Shown here: one piece after another, positions 46,917-54,768 of the stretch
How the letters are laid out: each line of letters begins with the position of its first letter
Position numbering within the stretch: the stretch's first letter is position 1
Virus record (IMG/VR): IMGVR_UViG_3300033143_005875
Span: 1 to 54,768 of that record
DNA from: a virus
Lineage: Duplodnaviria > Caudoviricetes
DNA: 54,768 nucleotides
Reading direction: 5' to 3' (one strand)
The notes under the pieces: model-generated
Database searches by the model: none
Told to the model about the DNA's origin: nothing
Seen by the model: only the letters and a program-made list of their open reading frames with translations
Translations under genes and position numbers: made by a program

Positions 46917-47236
46917 TAGATGCTCCCGTCAACATGACCGCGTCCTCACCCACCACCACAATCGTCATCCCGTTGTACTCCAGCAGCCCCGCCATGCCCG
47001 CCCCCTCCAGGCCAAAGGCTTCCGCCACATCCCGCGCGCGCAGGCGAAGCGCGTCCGCCGCAGCCTGATCCAGCACCAGATAGCTCGGCATCTTCCCCGT
47101 GCGCTCGAAATGCCGCTTGGCCGCCGCGTCCGCCACCGCTAGCACATCACCCCTCAATGTCAGCGTCACATGCTCCATCTCCTGCTCCTCTCTTCCGCTC
47201 CCCATCTGGAATCTGGCATCCGGCATCTGGCATCTT

Positions 47237-49492
47237 TCACCACCGTCTCCGCCTCTTGCTCGCCCACCCCGCCGTCCTTCTCCCCCCCTCGCGCCTCCCC
47301 ACCCGCTCGCCCGCGTCCGCCCCCGCGTCACCCGACGGCACAGGCCCCAGCGTCCGCGCCCCGATGTACTCGCCCGCAGCCACCGCATAGACCAAGGCGT
47401 CGAGATAGTGGTTCGGCCGGCTCTCCACCACCGCCCAATGCTCCTTGATATGCCCCGACTTGTCCCGCTCGATCACCTTGTGCTCCGCCACCAGGTGCCG
47501 CAGCAGCTCCTCGCTCGGCTCCGCGTGCAGCTCCAGATACCCCGGGCCGCCCGGCGGCACCAGCAGCCGATGCAGCAGGATCGTGTCCTTGAACGCATCG
47601 ACGTTCACGCTCACCAGCAGCATCCCGCCCGGGAACGCCTTGTGCGTGAGGGGATGGATGTCCATCTTCGTCGCCGACCACAGCCGCCCGCCCATCCGCG
47701 TCCCCGGCTGACCCTTGATCGGCCGCAGGCGGTCGGGGAACTCACGGCACTCCTCATACTGCTCGCCCGCTTGCCAGCCGCTGTCCCAGAAGCCCATCGC
47801 GACCATCAGCCCCTCACCCTGCACCGCCGCCCGCCCGTACGAGCCCCGCAGCAGCCGATCCTTGACGTTCCCAGGGCTCTCATACACCGACTCATCGAGC
47901 AGCCACATCTTGCCCGCCTCGCCCCACCCGACGACGGCCGTGTGGTACATGTAGTCTGCCACGTCCACCCCCGCCGTCAGCACCTGCACCTCGCTCGGCA
48001 CCAGCCCCCGCGGCGTCGCGCCCACGTGTTGCAGCCACTGCTCCTCCGTCGCATCCCGGATGTCCTCCGTCCACGGAAGGCCCTGCCAGTCCTGCCTGAA
48101 CGTCTTCAGCCGCTCCGGCGTGTCCTTGTACCTGAGAAACGTCGCCGCGAAGCTCCACCACGACCGCGCGTGGAACGGGCTATTCAGCCCCGGCAGCCAG
48201 AACCCCACATGGCTCCCCCACTCCGCCCGCCACGCCGCACGCCGCCTCTCCAGCTCCGCATCCGCCGCCGCTCCATCCTCTTGTCTGGCATCCGGCATCT
48301 GGCATCCGGCATCCATCAGCCTCTCCGCCACCGCACCACTCAGCCTCCCTCCGATCACATCGTCCGCGTCGCCGCGCCCGCAGGCCGCCTCGAGCAGGCC
48401 CCCGAAGAACTCCAGGAACTCCAGACTGTTCTCCGTCAGCACCACGCTGCCCTCATCCTCCTCGCCCTCCACGAACCGACCGGCCACCCAGACCCCGCGC
48501 GCGAGCATCCACGGCTTCTGCCACGTCTCGATCCGACCGCCACACCACCGGCACTCATACCACGCGAGGTGCTGCGTGTGGATCTTCCGCCAGTCTCGCT
48601 CGCCCTCCGCCCACGTCACCCCATACATCTCCCCCAACTCCCTGCCCGCCGCCTTCGCCACCGCCGCGCCCCGCTCCCGATACGCCGGCCACCGCACACC
48701 GCTCTCCGACCCCCTGCTGCCCCGAAACACCAGCAACTGATACCCCAGGCAGTGCGGACACGGCACAATGAAGACGTGGAGCAGGCTGGCCTTCAGCTCC
48801 ACCCAGATCTCCCCGTAATTCGTGCTCGGCGTGCAGGCCCTGACCACCTTCCGCCCCGGGAAGTTGCTCGTCCGCTCGATCGCGTGCTGGCTCGGCCATC
48901 CCTGCCCCACCAGCGGCGCAGGATACTTGTCGGTCTCATCGAGGTAGACCTCGCGGATGGGCGTGCCCGCCAGCTCCGCCTCCGAGCCCGACCACGCCTG
49001 ATACAAGGTGCAGCGCTTGAACCGCTTGGCATACCCCTTCGCCGCGTTCTTGTCGCCCGCCAGGTTGTCCGCGAAGCCAGGGCTCATCACGATCATCCGC
49101 TCGAGCCGAACGTTCAGCTTGTCCAGTGCCGTCTTCGTCGGCTCCACCAGCAGGATCGGGCCGGGATGCTGATCCACCGCATACCCCGCCATAATCGTCA
49201 GCATCATCGTCTTCGCCACCTGAGTCCCCGTCGTCAGCACCAGGAACTCCACCACCGCGTCCGCATACGCCGCGAGCGGCCCCCGCACGTACGGCGTGCG
49301 CGACGCCCGATACGGCCCCGGCTCCGCGTGGTCGGCCGCGGGCAGCACCAGCCGCCGCTCCGCCCACTCGTCGGGCGTCCACTGCTCCGGCAGCGCCGAC
49401 ACCGCCTCCCACTCCTCCCCATCCCACACCGCCAGTTCCGCCGTCCCCCCGCCCTGGCCACCCTCTGCAATCTGGCATCCCGCATCTGTCAT
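47237..49492 (-). CDS. Terminase large subunit, lambda GpA family
   Basis: PGPYRASRTPYVR, TQVAKT Walker A, LDETDKY, ERTSNF, TPST, VPCPHC, YECRWC, AGVDV, NHYLDALVYA; ATGA overlap with the upstream MTase. Confidence 0.93.
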   Translation of the reverse strand: MTDAGCQIAEGGQGGGTAELAVWDGEEWEAVSALPEQWTPDEWAERRLVLPAADHAEPGPYRASRTPYVRGPLAAYADAVVEFLVLTTGTQVAKTMMLTIMAGYAVDQHPGPILLVEPTKTALDKLNVRLERMIVMSPGFADNLAGDKNAAKGYAKRFKRCTLYQAWSGSEAELAGTPIREVYLDETDKYPAPLVGQGWPSQHAIERTSNFPGRKVVRACTPSTNYGEIWVELKASLLHVFIVPCPHCLGYQLLVFRGSRGSESGVRWPAYRERGAAVAKAAGRELGEMYGVTWAEGERDWRKIHTQHLAWYECRWCGGRIETWQKPWMLARGVWVAGRFVEGEEDEGSVVLTENSLEFLEFFGGLLEAACGRGDADDVIGGRLSGAVAERLMDAGCQMPDARQEDGAAADAELERRRAAWRAEWGSHVGFWLPGLNSPFHARSWWSFAATFLRYKDTPERLKTFRQDWQGLPWTEDIRDATEEQWLQHVGATPRGLVPSEVQVLTAGVDVADYMYHTAVVGWGEAGKMWLLDESVYESPGNVKDRLLRGSYGRAAVQGEGLMVAMGFWDSGWQAGEQYEECREFPDRLRPIKGQPGTRMGGRLWSATKMDIHPLTHKAFPGGMLLVSVNVDAFKDTILLHRLLVPPGGPGYLELHAEPSEELLRHLVAEHKVIERDKSGHIKEHWAVVESRPNHYLDALVYAVAAGEYIGARTLGPVPSGDAGADAGERVGRREGGRRTAGWASKRRRRW

Positions 49493-50892
49493 CTGGCACC
49501 CACCCCGCCGCCCGCGGCGGCGAACAGCGTTGCGCCCGGCGGCAGCGCGTTGCCTGCGGGGATGCAGCCGGGGCTGAAATAGATCCGCTCGCGGTGGCGG
49601 TTCTTGAGCGACCGCCCGGCCTTGTCGCCGTGGATGCGCCCGTAGCCGCCGCTGGCCTTCCACGCCTCGACCGTCCAGCCGTGGTCGTTGACCAGCACCT
49701 CGTGGCCCTCGCCCTCGTAGCCGCAGAGCGCGATGCGGAGCGACTCGTCGCCGCCGTGCTCGACGCACCACTCGCGGACATCGTGGGCGACGTCGAGGTC
49801 TTCTGTGGCATAGATGTTCTCGGCGCGTCCCGCCTTGTCGGAGTAGGGGGGGTCAAGCAGGATGGCGCAGGGTGTGGCGGCGGTGCGGACGGCCTTGCCC
49901 ATGATGCGTGACCAGTCGCCGCAGCAGACTCGGACGTATCGGAGCCGGTCGGCGAGGCGGTTCATCCACTCGAGGAGGGCGCAGTTCGGCTTGTGCAACC
50001 CGCTCGTCATCTTCCACTCGGCGATTGCGGGCAGCTTCTCGCCCACAGAGCGCGTCTTCGGCGGCTTGTGGACTTCGTAGTGCCGCTGGAGGTGCGGCCG
50101 GCCCATGGGCACGCAGCCCTTCATCGTGTGACCATCGCCAAGACACGGCCGCTTGCGGTGCGGCGCGTGGACGCCCTTGCCGTCGCTGGCGAGGTCGGGA
50201 CGCACGCCGCTGGCCTTTGCCATAAGATCGGGAGACTTGGTGACGCCCTTGCTCTCGTGCGAGCAGGCCGGTCGCTGCGTCGGCACTCGCCGCACGCCCG
50301 CGGGCCCGCGCTCCGACTGCACCATCATCTCGGGAGTCGGGGACGGCTCGCGGACAGTGACCTTGTGCACGGCGAACTGCCGCGCGAGATTCTGCCGCTT
50401 CGCATCGGGCTCCTTCGGTTGGTGCATCGCCCGACCACGGTTCCCCTCACCGCCAGGCCCGTTCCACTCAGACCGCTCGTCGCACCAGCCCGCCCCGATC
50501 CAGCACGAGATCCCCCACACCCACCAGCCCGCCACCAGCGCGTCGAAGTACGTGGGGTCGCAGAGCATCCGCGTCCTGAACTTGTGCTTGCGCCAGGCGG
50601 CCATCAGCCACCGGTGCCGAGCGGTCAGGCACGCCTCGTTCACCGGCCAGTCCGCGTGGAAGGCCACGGCCTCGGGGTCCGCCGTCACCGCACGCCAGAA
50701 GTTCGCCACGTAGTTGTCCAGGTCGTTCACCGTCTCGTACCGCGACGGCGCCTTGCTCAGCAGGTAGGCCAGGCTGCCCGCGAACGGCTCGATATAGGCC
50801 GGGCAGTCGCCCAGGCGCGGGTGGATCACGCCCACGGCGCGCGACTTGCCGCCGAACCAGGGGAAGGGCGCCTTGAGGCGCGGCTTAGGCAT
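49489..50892 (-). CDS. DNA adenine methyltransferase (Dam/D12 class) with long repeat-containing insert
   Basis: FPWFGGKS, YIEPFAGS, ETVNDLD, LDPPY. Confidence 0.9.
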   Translation of the reverse strand: MPKPRLKAPFPWFGGKSRAVGVIHPRLGDCPAYIEPFAGSLAYLLSKAPSRYETVNDLDNYVANFWRAVTADPEAVAFHADWPVNEACLTARHRWLMAAWRKHKFRTRMLCDPTYFDALVAGWWVWGISCWIGAGWCDERSEWNGPGGEGNRGRAMHQPKEPDAKRQNLARQFAVHKVTVREPSPTPEMMVQSERGPAGVRRVPTQRPACSHESKGVTKSPDLMAKASGVRPDLASDGKGVHAPHRKRPCLGDGHTMKGCVPMGRPHLQRHYEVHKPPKTRSVGEKLPAIAEWKMTSGLHKPNCALLEWMNRLADRLRYVRVCCGDWSRIMGKAVRTAATPCAILLDPPYSDKAGRAENIYATEDLDVAHDVREWCVEHGGDESLRIALCGYEGEGHEVLVNDHGWTVEAWKASGGYGRIHGDKAGRSLKNRHRERIYFSPGCIPAGNALPPGATLFAAAGGGVGAR

Positions 50893-50959
50893 CCATCGCC
50901 CCCTCTCCGCTCGCTCCCGACCTATCGGCATCTGGCATCTGGCATCCGCCCTCTGGCAT

Positions 50960-51733
50960 TCACCCCACCGGCCGCTCGTCCCACGTCCGCCCGTCCAGCT
51001 CCCGACCCGCCGCCTTCTTGTTGACCCCGCCCCATTGCTTGAAGAAGAAGGGCACGCCCGCCGACACACATTGGTCGCGCAGCCCCCGCGCCCACTCAGC
51101 CTGCATCGGACGCGCCCCAGGCCCACTCTCGCCGCCGCAGATCACCCAGTCCAGCAACGCTGCGCTCCCTTGATTCACGAGGCCATCCTGGCACCACAGG
51201 ACGCCCGCGACGGTCAGCGGCGCCAACTGCCGCAGATTCACCGGCCCCAGCATCGGCTCGCAGCTCACGAAGTGCCTGGCCGCCGGGATCCGCAGCAGCG
51301 CGGGGATCCGCTCGTCCGCCCGCATCTGATTCTCCGCCGTCACCCCCAGCCACACGTTCGGCAGCGGCCACCACTTCCCGAAGTACCGCAGCATGTTCTC
51401 CGGCCGCTTCGTCAGCACCAGGAACGTGTGCTGCGGGCAGTCCGCCATCACCCCGAGCACGGCGTCCTGCCACTCCTCCCGCACGTCCTTGTGGTGGAAG
51501 TCGCCCATCGAGCAGACGAAGACCATCCTGGGCTTCTTCCACCGCGCAGGGTCGCCGAGGCGGTCGGGATGCCACGTCACGGCGAAGGGCTCCTCCCGCG
51601 GATACCCATACCGACCCGCCAGCCGCCTGGCCATCCGCTCCGCATAGCAGCCCCGGCACCCCTCGCTGACCTTCGAGCAGCCCGTCACCGGGTTCCACGT
51701 CTCCTCACACCACTCGATCCCTGTCGCCATCAT
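50960..51733 (-). CDS. Phage Gp37/Gp68 (DUF5131) family protein
   Basis: TGIEW...WNPVTGCSKVSEGCRGCYA, FVCSMGD.FH, LTKRP, WVICGGESGPGARPM, FFFKQWGG. Confidence 0.9.
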   Translation of the reverse strand: MMATGIEWCEETWNPVTGCSKVSEGCRGCYAERMARRLAGRYGYPREEPFAVTWHPDRLGDPARWKKPRMVFVCSMGDFHHKDVREEWQDAVLGVMADCPQHTFLVLTKRPENMLRYFGKWWPLPNVWLGVTAENQMRADERIPALLRIPAARHFVSCEPMLGPVNLRQLAPLTVAGVLWCQDGLVNQGSAALLDWVICGGESGPGARPMQAEWARGLRDQCVSAGVPFFFKQWGGVNKKAAGRELDGRTWDERPVG

Positions 51734-51939
51734 CCCGCTCCCTTGCTCTCGCCGTCCGCACGGCGCATGGTGAACGTGACGGTGGTCTCCTTCTCATCAA
51801 CGATGATGAGCCCGCCACACTCAGGACAGTCCACCCTGTCGTCGTCCACCAGAAAATACCAGTCGTCCAACTGCCACCGGTGATCGCACCAGGGACACTC
51901 GGCAAAGGGCATCTCAAGGTGGCGCTTCGGCTCACCCAT
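51730..51939 (-). CDS. Small zinc-ribbon protein
   Basis: CPWC...CPECG. Confidence 0.55.
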   Translation of the reverse strand: MGEPKRHLEMPFAECPWCDHRWQLDDWYFLVDDDRVDCPECGGLIIVDEKETTVTFTMRRADGESKGAG

Positions 51940-52005
51940 CACCCTGCTCCTCTCTGCCATCTGGCATCTGCCATCCTGCATCTGGCATTCACTCCGCCGC
52001 CCCCC

Positions 52006-52572
52006 TCAGTCCTCGTGCTTCACGCCCTTGTGGACGGTGGGCTCTGCGTCGCCCATCCCGACGCGGCGGTGGTGGACGTCTTCATAGACCCACCACCCGC
52101 ACTCCTCGCACCACGTGATGTGCTCGCAGGGATCGTCGTATCCATCGCTCAGCACATTGTCCTCACAGAACTCGCAATACACCGTCCGCCCCTCCTCCGC
52201 CACCTCGAAGGGGTTGCCTTGGCAGCCGCCGACGTCCAGCGGCTCCGCAATGACCACAAGCCCCATCGCCAGGCAGTCGGCGTCCGTCAGCGGCGTGCGC
52301 TTCCCGTCGTTCGCACACAGCGGCACGCCCGCCTTCCGCCAGAGCTGCCCGGGTGGCGGGTCCGGCTCGCTGAAGGCGTTGACGACGCAGCCGGACCACG
52401 CGGGGCCGCCGCCGCTCCTGTGGTAGTAGTGTCTGCCCTCCGCCTTGCAGAACTCGAAGTCCCACGTGCTCATGCCCCGCTCGTCGCCCGTCACGACCGC
52501 GAATGGGCGGCCGTCGTGATACTCGATCCACACGACCTCCTCGCCGTTCGGCGCCAGCATCGGCTCACCCAT
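52006..52572 (-). CDS. Hypothetical protein, paralog of 52615-53271
   Basis: Shared SGGGPA, EPDPPP, AEPL, YCEFC.D, CEHI.WC..CG.WVY. Confidence 0.7.
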   Translation of the reverse strand: MGEPMLAPNGEEVVWIEYHDGRPFAVVTGDERGMSTWDFEFCKAEGRHYYHRSGGGPAWSGCVVNAFSEPDPPPGQLWRKAGVPLCANDGKRTPLTDADCLAMGLVVIAEPLDVGGCQGNPFEVAEEGRTVYCEFCEDNVLSDGYDDPCEHITWCEECGWWVYEDVHHRRVGMGDAEPTVHKGVKHED

Positions 52573-52614
52573 CACCCTGCTCCTCTCTGGCATCTGCCAT
52601 CCTGCATCTGGCAT

Positions 52615-53271
52615 TCACTCCGCCTCGTCGTCCGCCTTCCTGCGATACTCCGCTTCCTCGCCGTGCACGCGGAAGACCAGCCCCTGCCCGTCCACGCGGG
52701 CGTGAGCCACGTAGACCCAATCCCCGCACTTGTCACACCACGCGATGTGCTCGCACGCCTCCTCCGCTTCCTGTACAGGGAAGCGGTCGTTGCAGAACTC
52801 GCAGTAGATCGTGTCGCCCTCCGTGGCCGCGAGCAGCGGGTTCCGGGTCGGCACGTAGCCCTCGCCGGGCTTATACGCCTGGCCGCACACCAACGGCTCG
52901 GCCAGCAGCACGTACCCGCGCGCCAGCAGTCCCTCCCGCGCCAGCGGCTCAGGCACCCACCGCCCGTCAACCTCCACCCGCTGCTCCAGCAGCACGCCTT
53001 CCTTGATCCAGAGCGCGAACGGCGGTGGATCCGGCTCCGCCGCCATCCCCACCTCGATGGGGCCCGCGGGCCCGCCGCCGCTGAGGTGGAAATACAGCTC
53101 TTCCCACGCCTCACTCCAGTCCACGTCGAAGTAGTGGTGGCTCTCGCGCTTTCGCCCGCAGTGCAGGGCCGTCACGCCACAAGGCCGACCCTTCACATAC
53201 TCGATGCAGATGATCTCCTCCGGCTCCCCTGGATCGTCTGGCTCCGGCACAAACATCGGCTCACCCATCAC
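52615..53271 (-). CDS. Hypothetical protein, paralog of 52006-52572
   Basis: Same motif series as the downstream gene. Confidence 0.7.
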   Translation of the reverse strand: MMGEPMFVPEPDDPGEPEEIICIEYVKGRPCGVTALHCGRKRESHHYFDVDWSEAWEELYFHLSGGGPAGPIEVGMAAEPDPPPFALWIKEGVLLEQRVEVDGRWVPEPLAREGLLARGYVLLAEPLVCGQAYKPGEGYVPTRNPLLAATEGDTIYCEFCNDRFPVQEAEEACEHIAWCDKCGDWVYVAHARVDGQGLVFRVHGEEAEYRRKADDEAE

Positions 53272-53542
53272 TCCGCTCCTCTCTCCCCATCAGTTCCTTG
53301 CCCAATCGCTTCCAGCGGTCGCGATCCTCCCCGAAGCGGGGCAGGCAGCGGACAGTGCTCATGCCACCAGGACAGTCTGGTGAGAGGCGTCGGTGCTCTC
53401 CAATGGCCTCCGTGCCACACCACCCGGGGTCGAGGATGCCGGAGGCACCACAAAGGTCGCAGAACCAGGGCATACCCAACTTAGTAGCCATCCCTCTGCT
53501 CCTCTCTTCCAATCCCCAATCGCCAATCGGAAACCGCCAATC

Positions 53543-54286
53543 TCACCCCTCCTCTCTCCCCATCAGTTCCGCCACCCGCTCCCACTCGCCGTCGAGGATG
53601 GCCTCGAGCACGACGTCGTCCACCTGCGGACCCCGCAGCAGCCCGATCGCCCGACGCACCTCCTCGTCTATCGCCTGCTGGATCACCAGCCGAGGCTGAC
53701 CCTCGAGCCGCGCCGCCAGCTTCCGACCCATCCCCAGCAGCACCCGCTTCATCGCCACGATCTGCGCGACGTTCTTGCGAACGACCGCACCACGCTCGAT
53801 CAACTCCCCACGACGCACCCGCAAGTCCATCGTCTTCAACGCGGCCGTCAGCTCGCGGCACCTGGCCTTCCACTTCGCGTCCTGCTCCTTCCAGCTCTCC
53901 CCCGTGTCGCCCTCCGCCTTGCCCGCCTCGACCTCCACACGCCACGCCCGGATCGCCTCGAGGTCATACGCACCGTCCTGCCTGGCGGGATACCTCCCCT
54001 CGTGCTTCCAGTTGCGGATCGTCCGCGGACTGACCCCCAGCGCCGACGCCGCCTCCTTCTGCGAGGCCACCAGCCCCCCACCGCGCTCCGCATCCGCCGC
54101 CTCCGTCGCCCGCTGACCCTCCAGCAGCCGCCGCAGACCCGCCAACTCCCGCCACTCCTCCTGGCTCAGCCCACCCTTATCCGCCTTCTTCCCGAGCTCC
54201 GCCACTCGCGTCTGTAGCGCCGCGTCCGCCACCCGCACGGTCGCCGCCACCCGATCCTCACTCGCCTTCGCCTTCGCCACCGTCAC
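53543..54286 (-). CDS. Terminase small subunit, Nu1-like
   Basis: SQKEAASALGVSPRTIRNW HTH, YDLEAIRAW, coiled coil, RRGELIE. Confidence 0.8.
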   Translation of the reverse strand: MTVAKAKASEDRVAATVRVADAALQTRVAELGKKADKGGLSQEEWRELAGLRRLLEGQRATEAADAERGGGLVASQKEAASALGVSPRTIRNWKHEGRYPARQDGAYDLEAIRAWRVEVEAGKAEGDTGESWKEQDAKWKARCRELTAALKTMDLRVRRGELIERGAVVRKNVAQIVAMKRVLLGMGRKLAARLEGQPRLVIQQAIDEEVRRAIGLLRGPQVDDVVLEAILDGEWERVAELMGREEG

Positions 54287-54758
54287 CCCACCTCTCTACG
54301 CCTGCCCCACCATCGCCAGCGCCTCGTCCCGCTCGCGCTTCAACTCGCGCACCAGCCCCGCAACGTCCCTGTGCCCCGGCACCACACAGATCGTGCAGTC
54401 ATACTCCCCGCTCTCCACCTTCACCGTCGCCTGCCACACCACCACGTCCACCCCCTCGCACTCCAGGAGGATACGGCGACGGCCCTGCTGTCCACCGATC
54501 TATCGGCGACTTCAAGTGCCCGTCCCCCTTCCCCTTCACCGCCCGCCACTCCGCCAGCTCCGCCTCCGCCGCGGCCACCCGATCCCAGCCGCGCTTGGCA
54601 GCCCAGATCCACACTGCCAACACCAGCAGCGTCACCACCCACACCGTCCACCCTGCCCAGGTCATCATCTCACGCTCCTCTCTCATTCACGGCCCGCCGC
54701 CCCCTCCCTGGCAGCGGCAACCCATTTCCTACACCCTAAAAACTCCCTCTCCCCTGCC

Positions 54759-54768
54759 ATCCCCACAC
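54759..54768 (+). repeat. 10-bp terminal direct repeat identical to positions 1-10
   Basis: ATCCCCACAC at both ends of the window. Confidence 0.8.

Noticed and set aside
22600-49582. Very long plus-strand ORFs (e.g. 22600-25098, 43279-46023, 47099-49582)
   Set aside because: Antisense shadows of well-supported minus-strand genes; high GC suppresses stop codons, and the translations are Pro/Arg/His-rich with no motifs.
51110-51123. Partial gapped match of array C (GG.CC.GG.GC.CG) to the GPGAR codons of the DUF5131 gene
   Set aside because: Only 5 of 13 dinucleotides, all G/C; expected by chance in a GC-rich 55-kb sequence.

Overview
The window looks like a near-complete or complete, circularly assembled genome of a GC-rich temperate siphophage or excised prophage; both ends carry the same 10-mer, ATCCCCACAC. 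Almost all genes are on the minus strand. Its modules are: a tyrosine integrase and excisionase-like gene; an early operon (DnaB helicase, C5 methyltransferase, radical SAM, metallophosphoesterase); a divergent CI-like switch with clear sigma70 promoters; and a lambda-type packaging, head and tail module (Nu1-like TerS, GpA TerL, gpW, portal, S49 protease, decoration protein, major capsid, tail tube, chaperone with a -1 frameshift, short tape measure). A glycosyltransferase/methyltransferase/epimerase cluster surrounds the capsid genes, and a plus-strand truncated NAD-ligase cassette sits in the tail region. The standout feature is at 10.9-12.0 kb: a solitary 196-aa Cas7/RAMP-like gene flanked by four non-coding arrays of strictly phased GGY-NN pentamers (54 pentamers, variable NN, shared 3' end, 40-bp repeated linker). 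This looks like a compact RNA-guided system with a non-contiguous guide code and no CRISPR array or cas1/cas2. All protein assignments come from motifs recognised by eye; no database searches were run.
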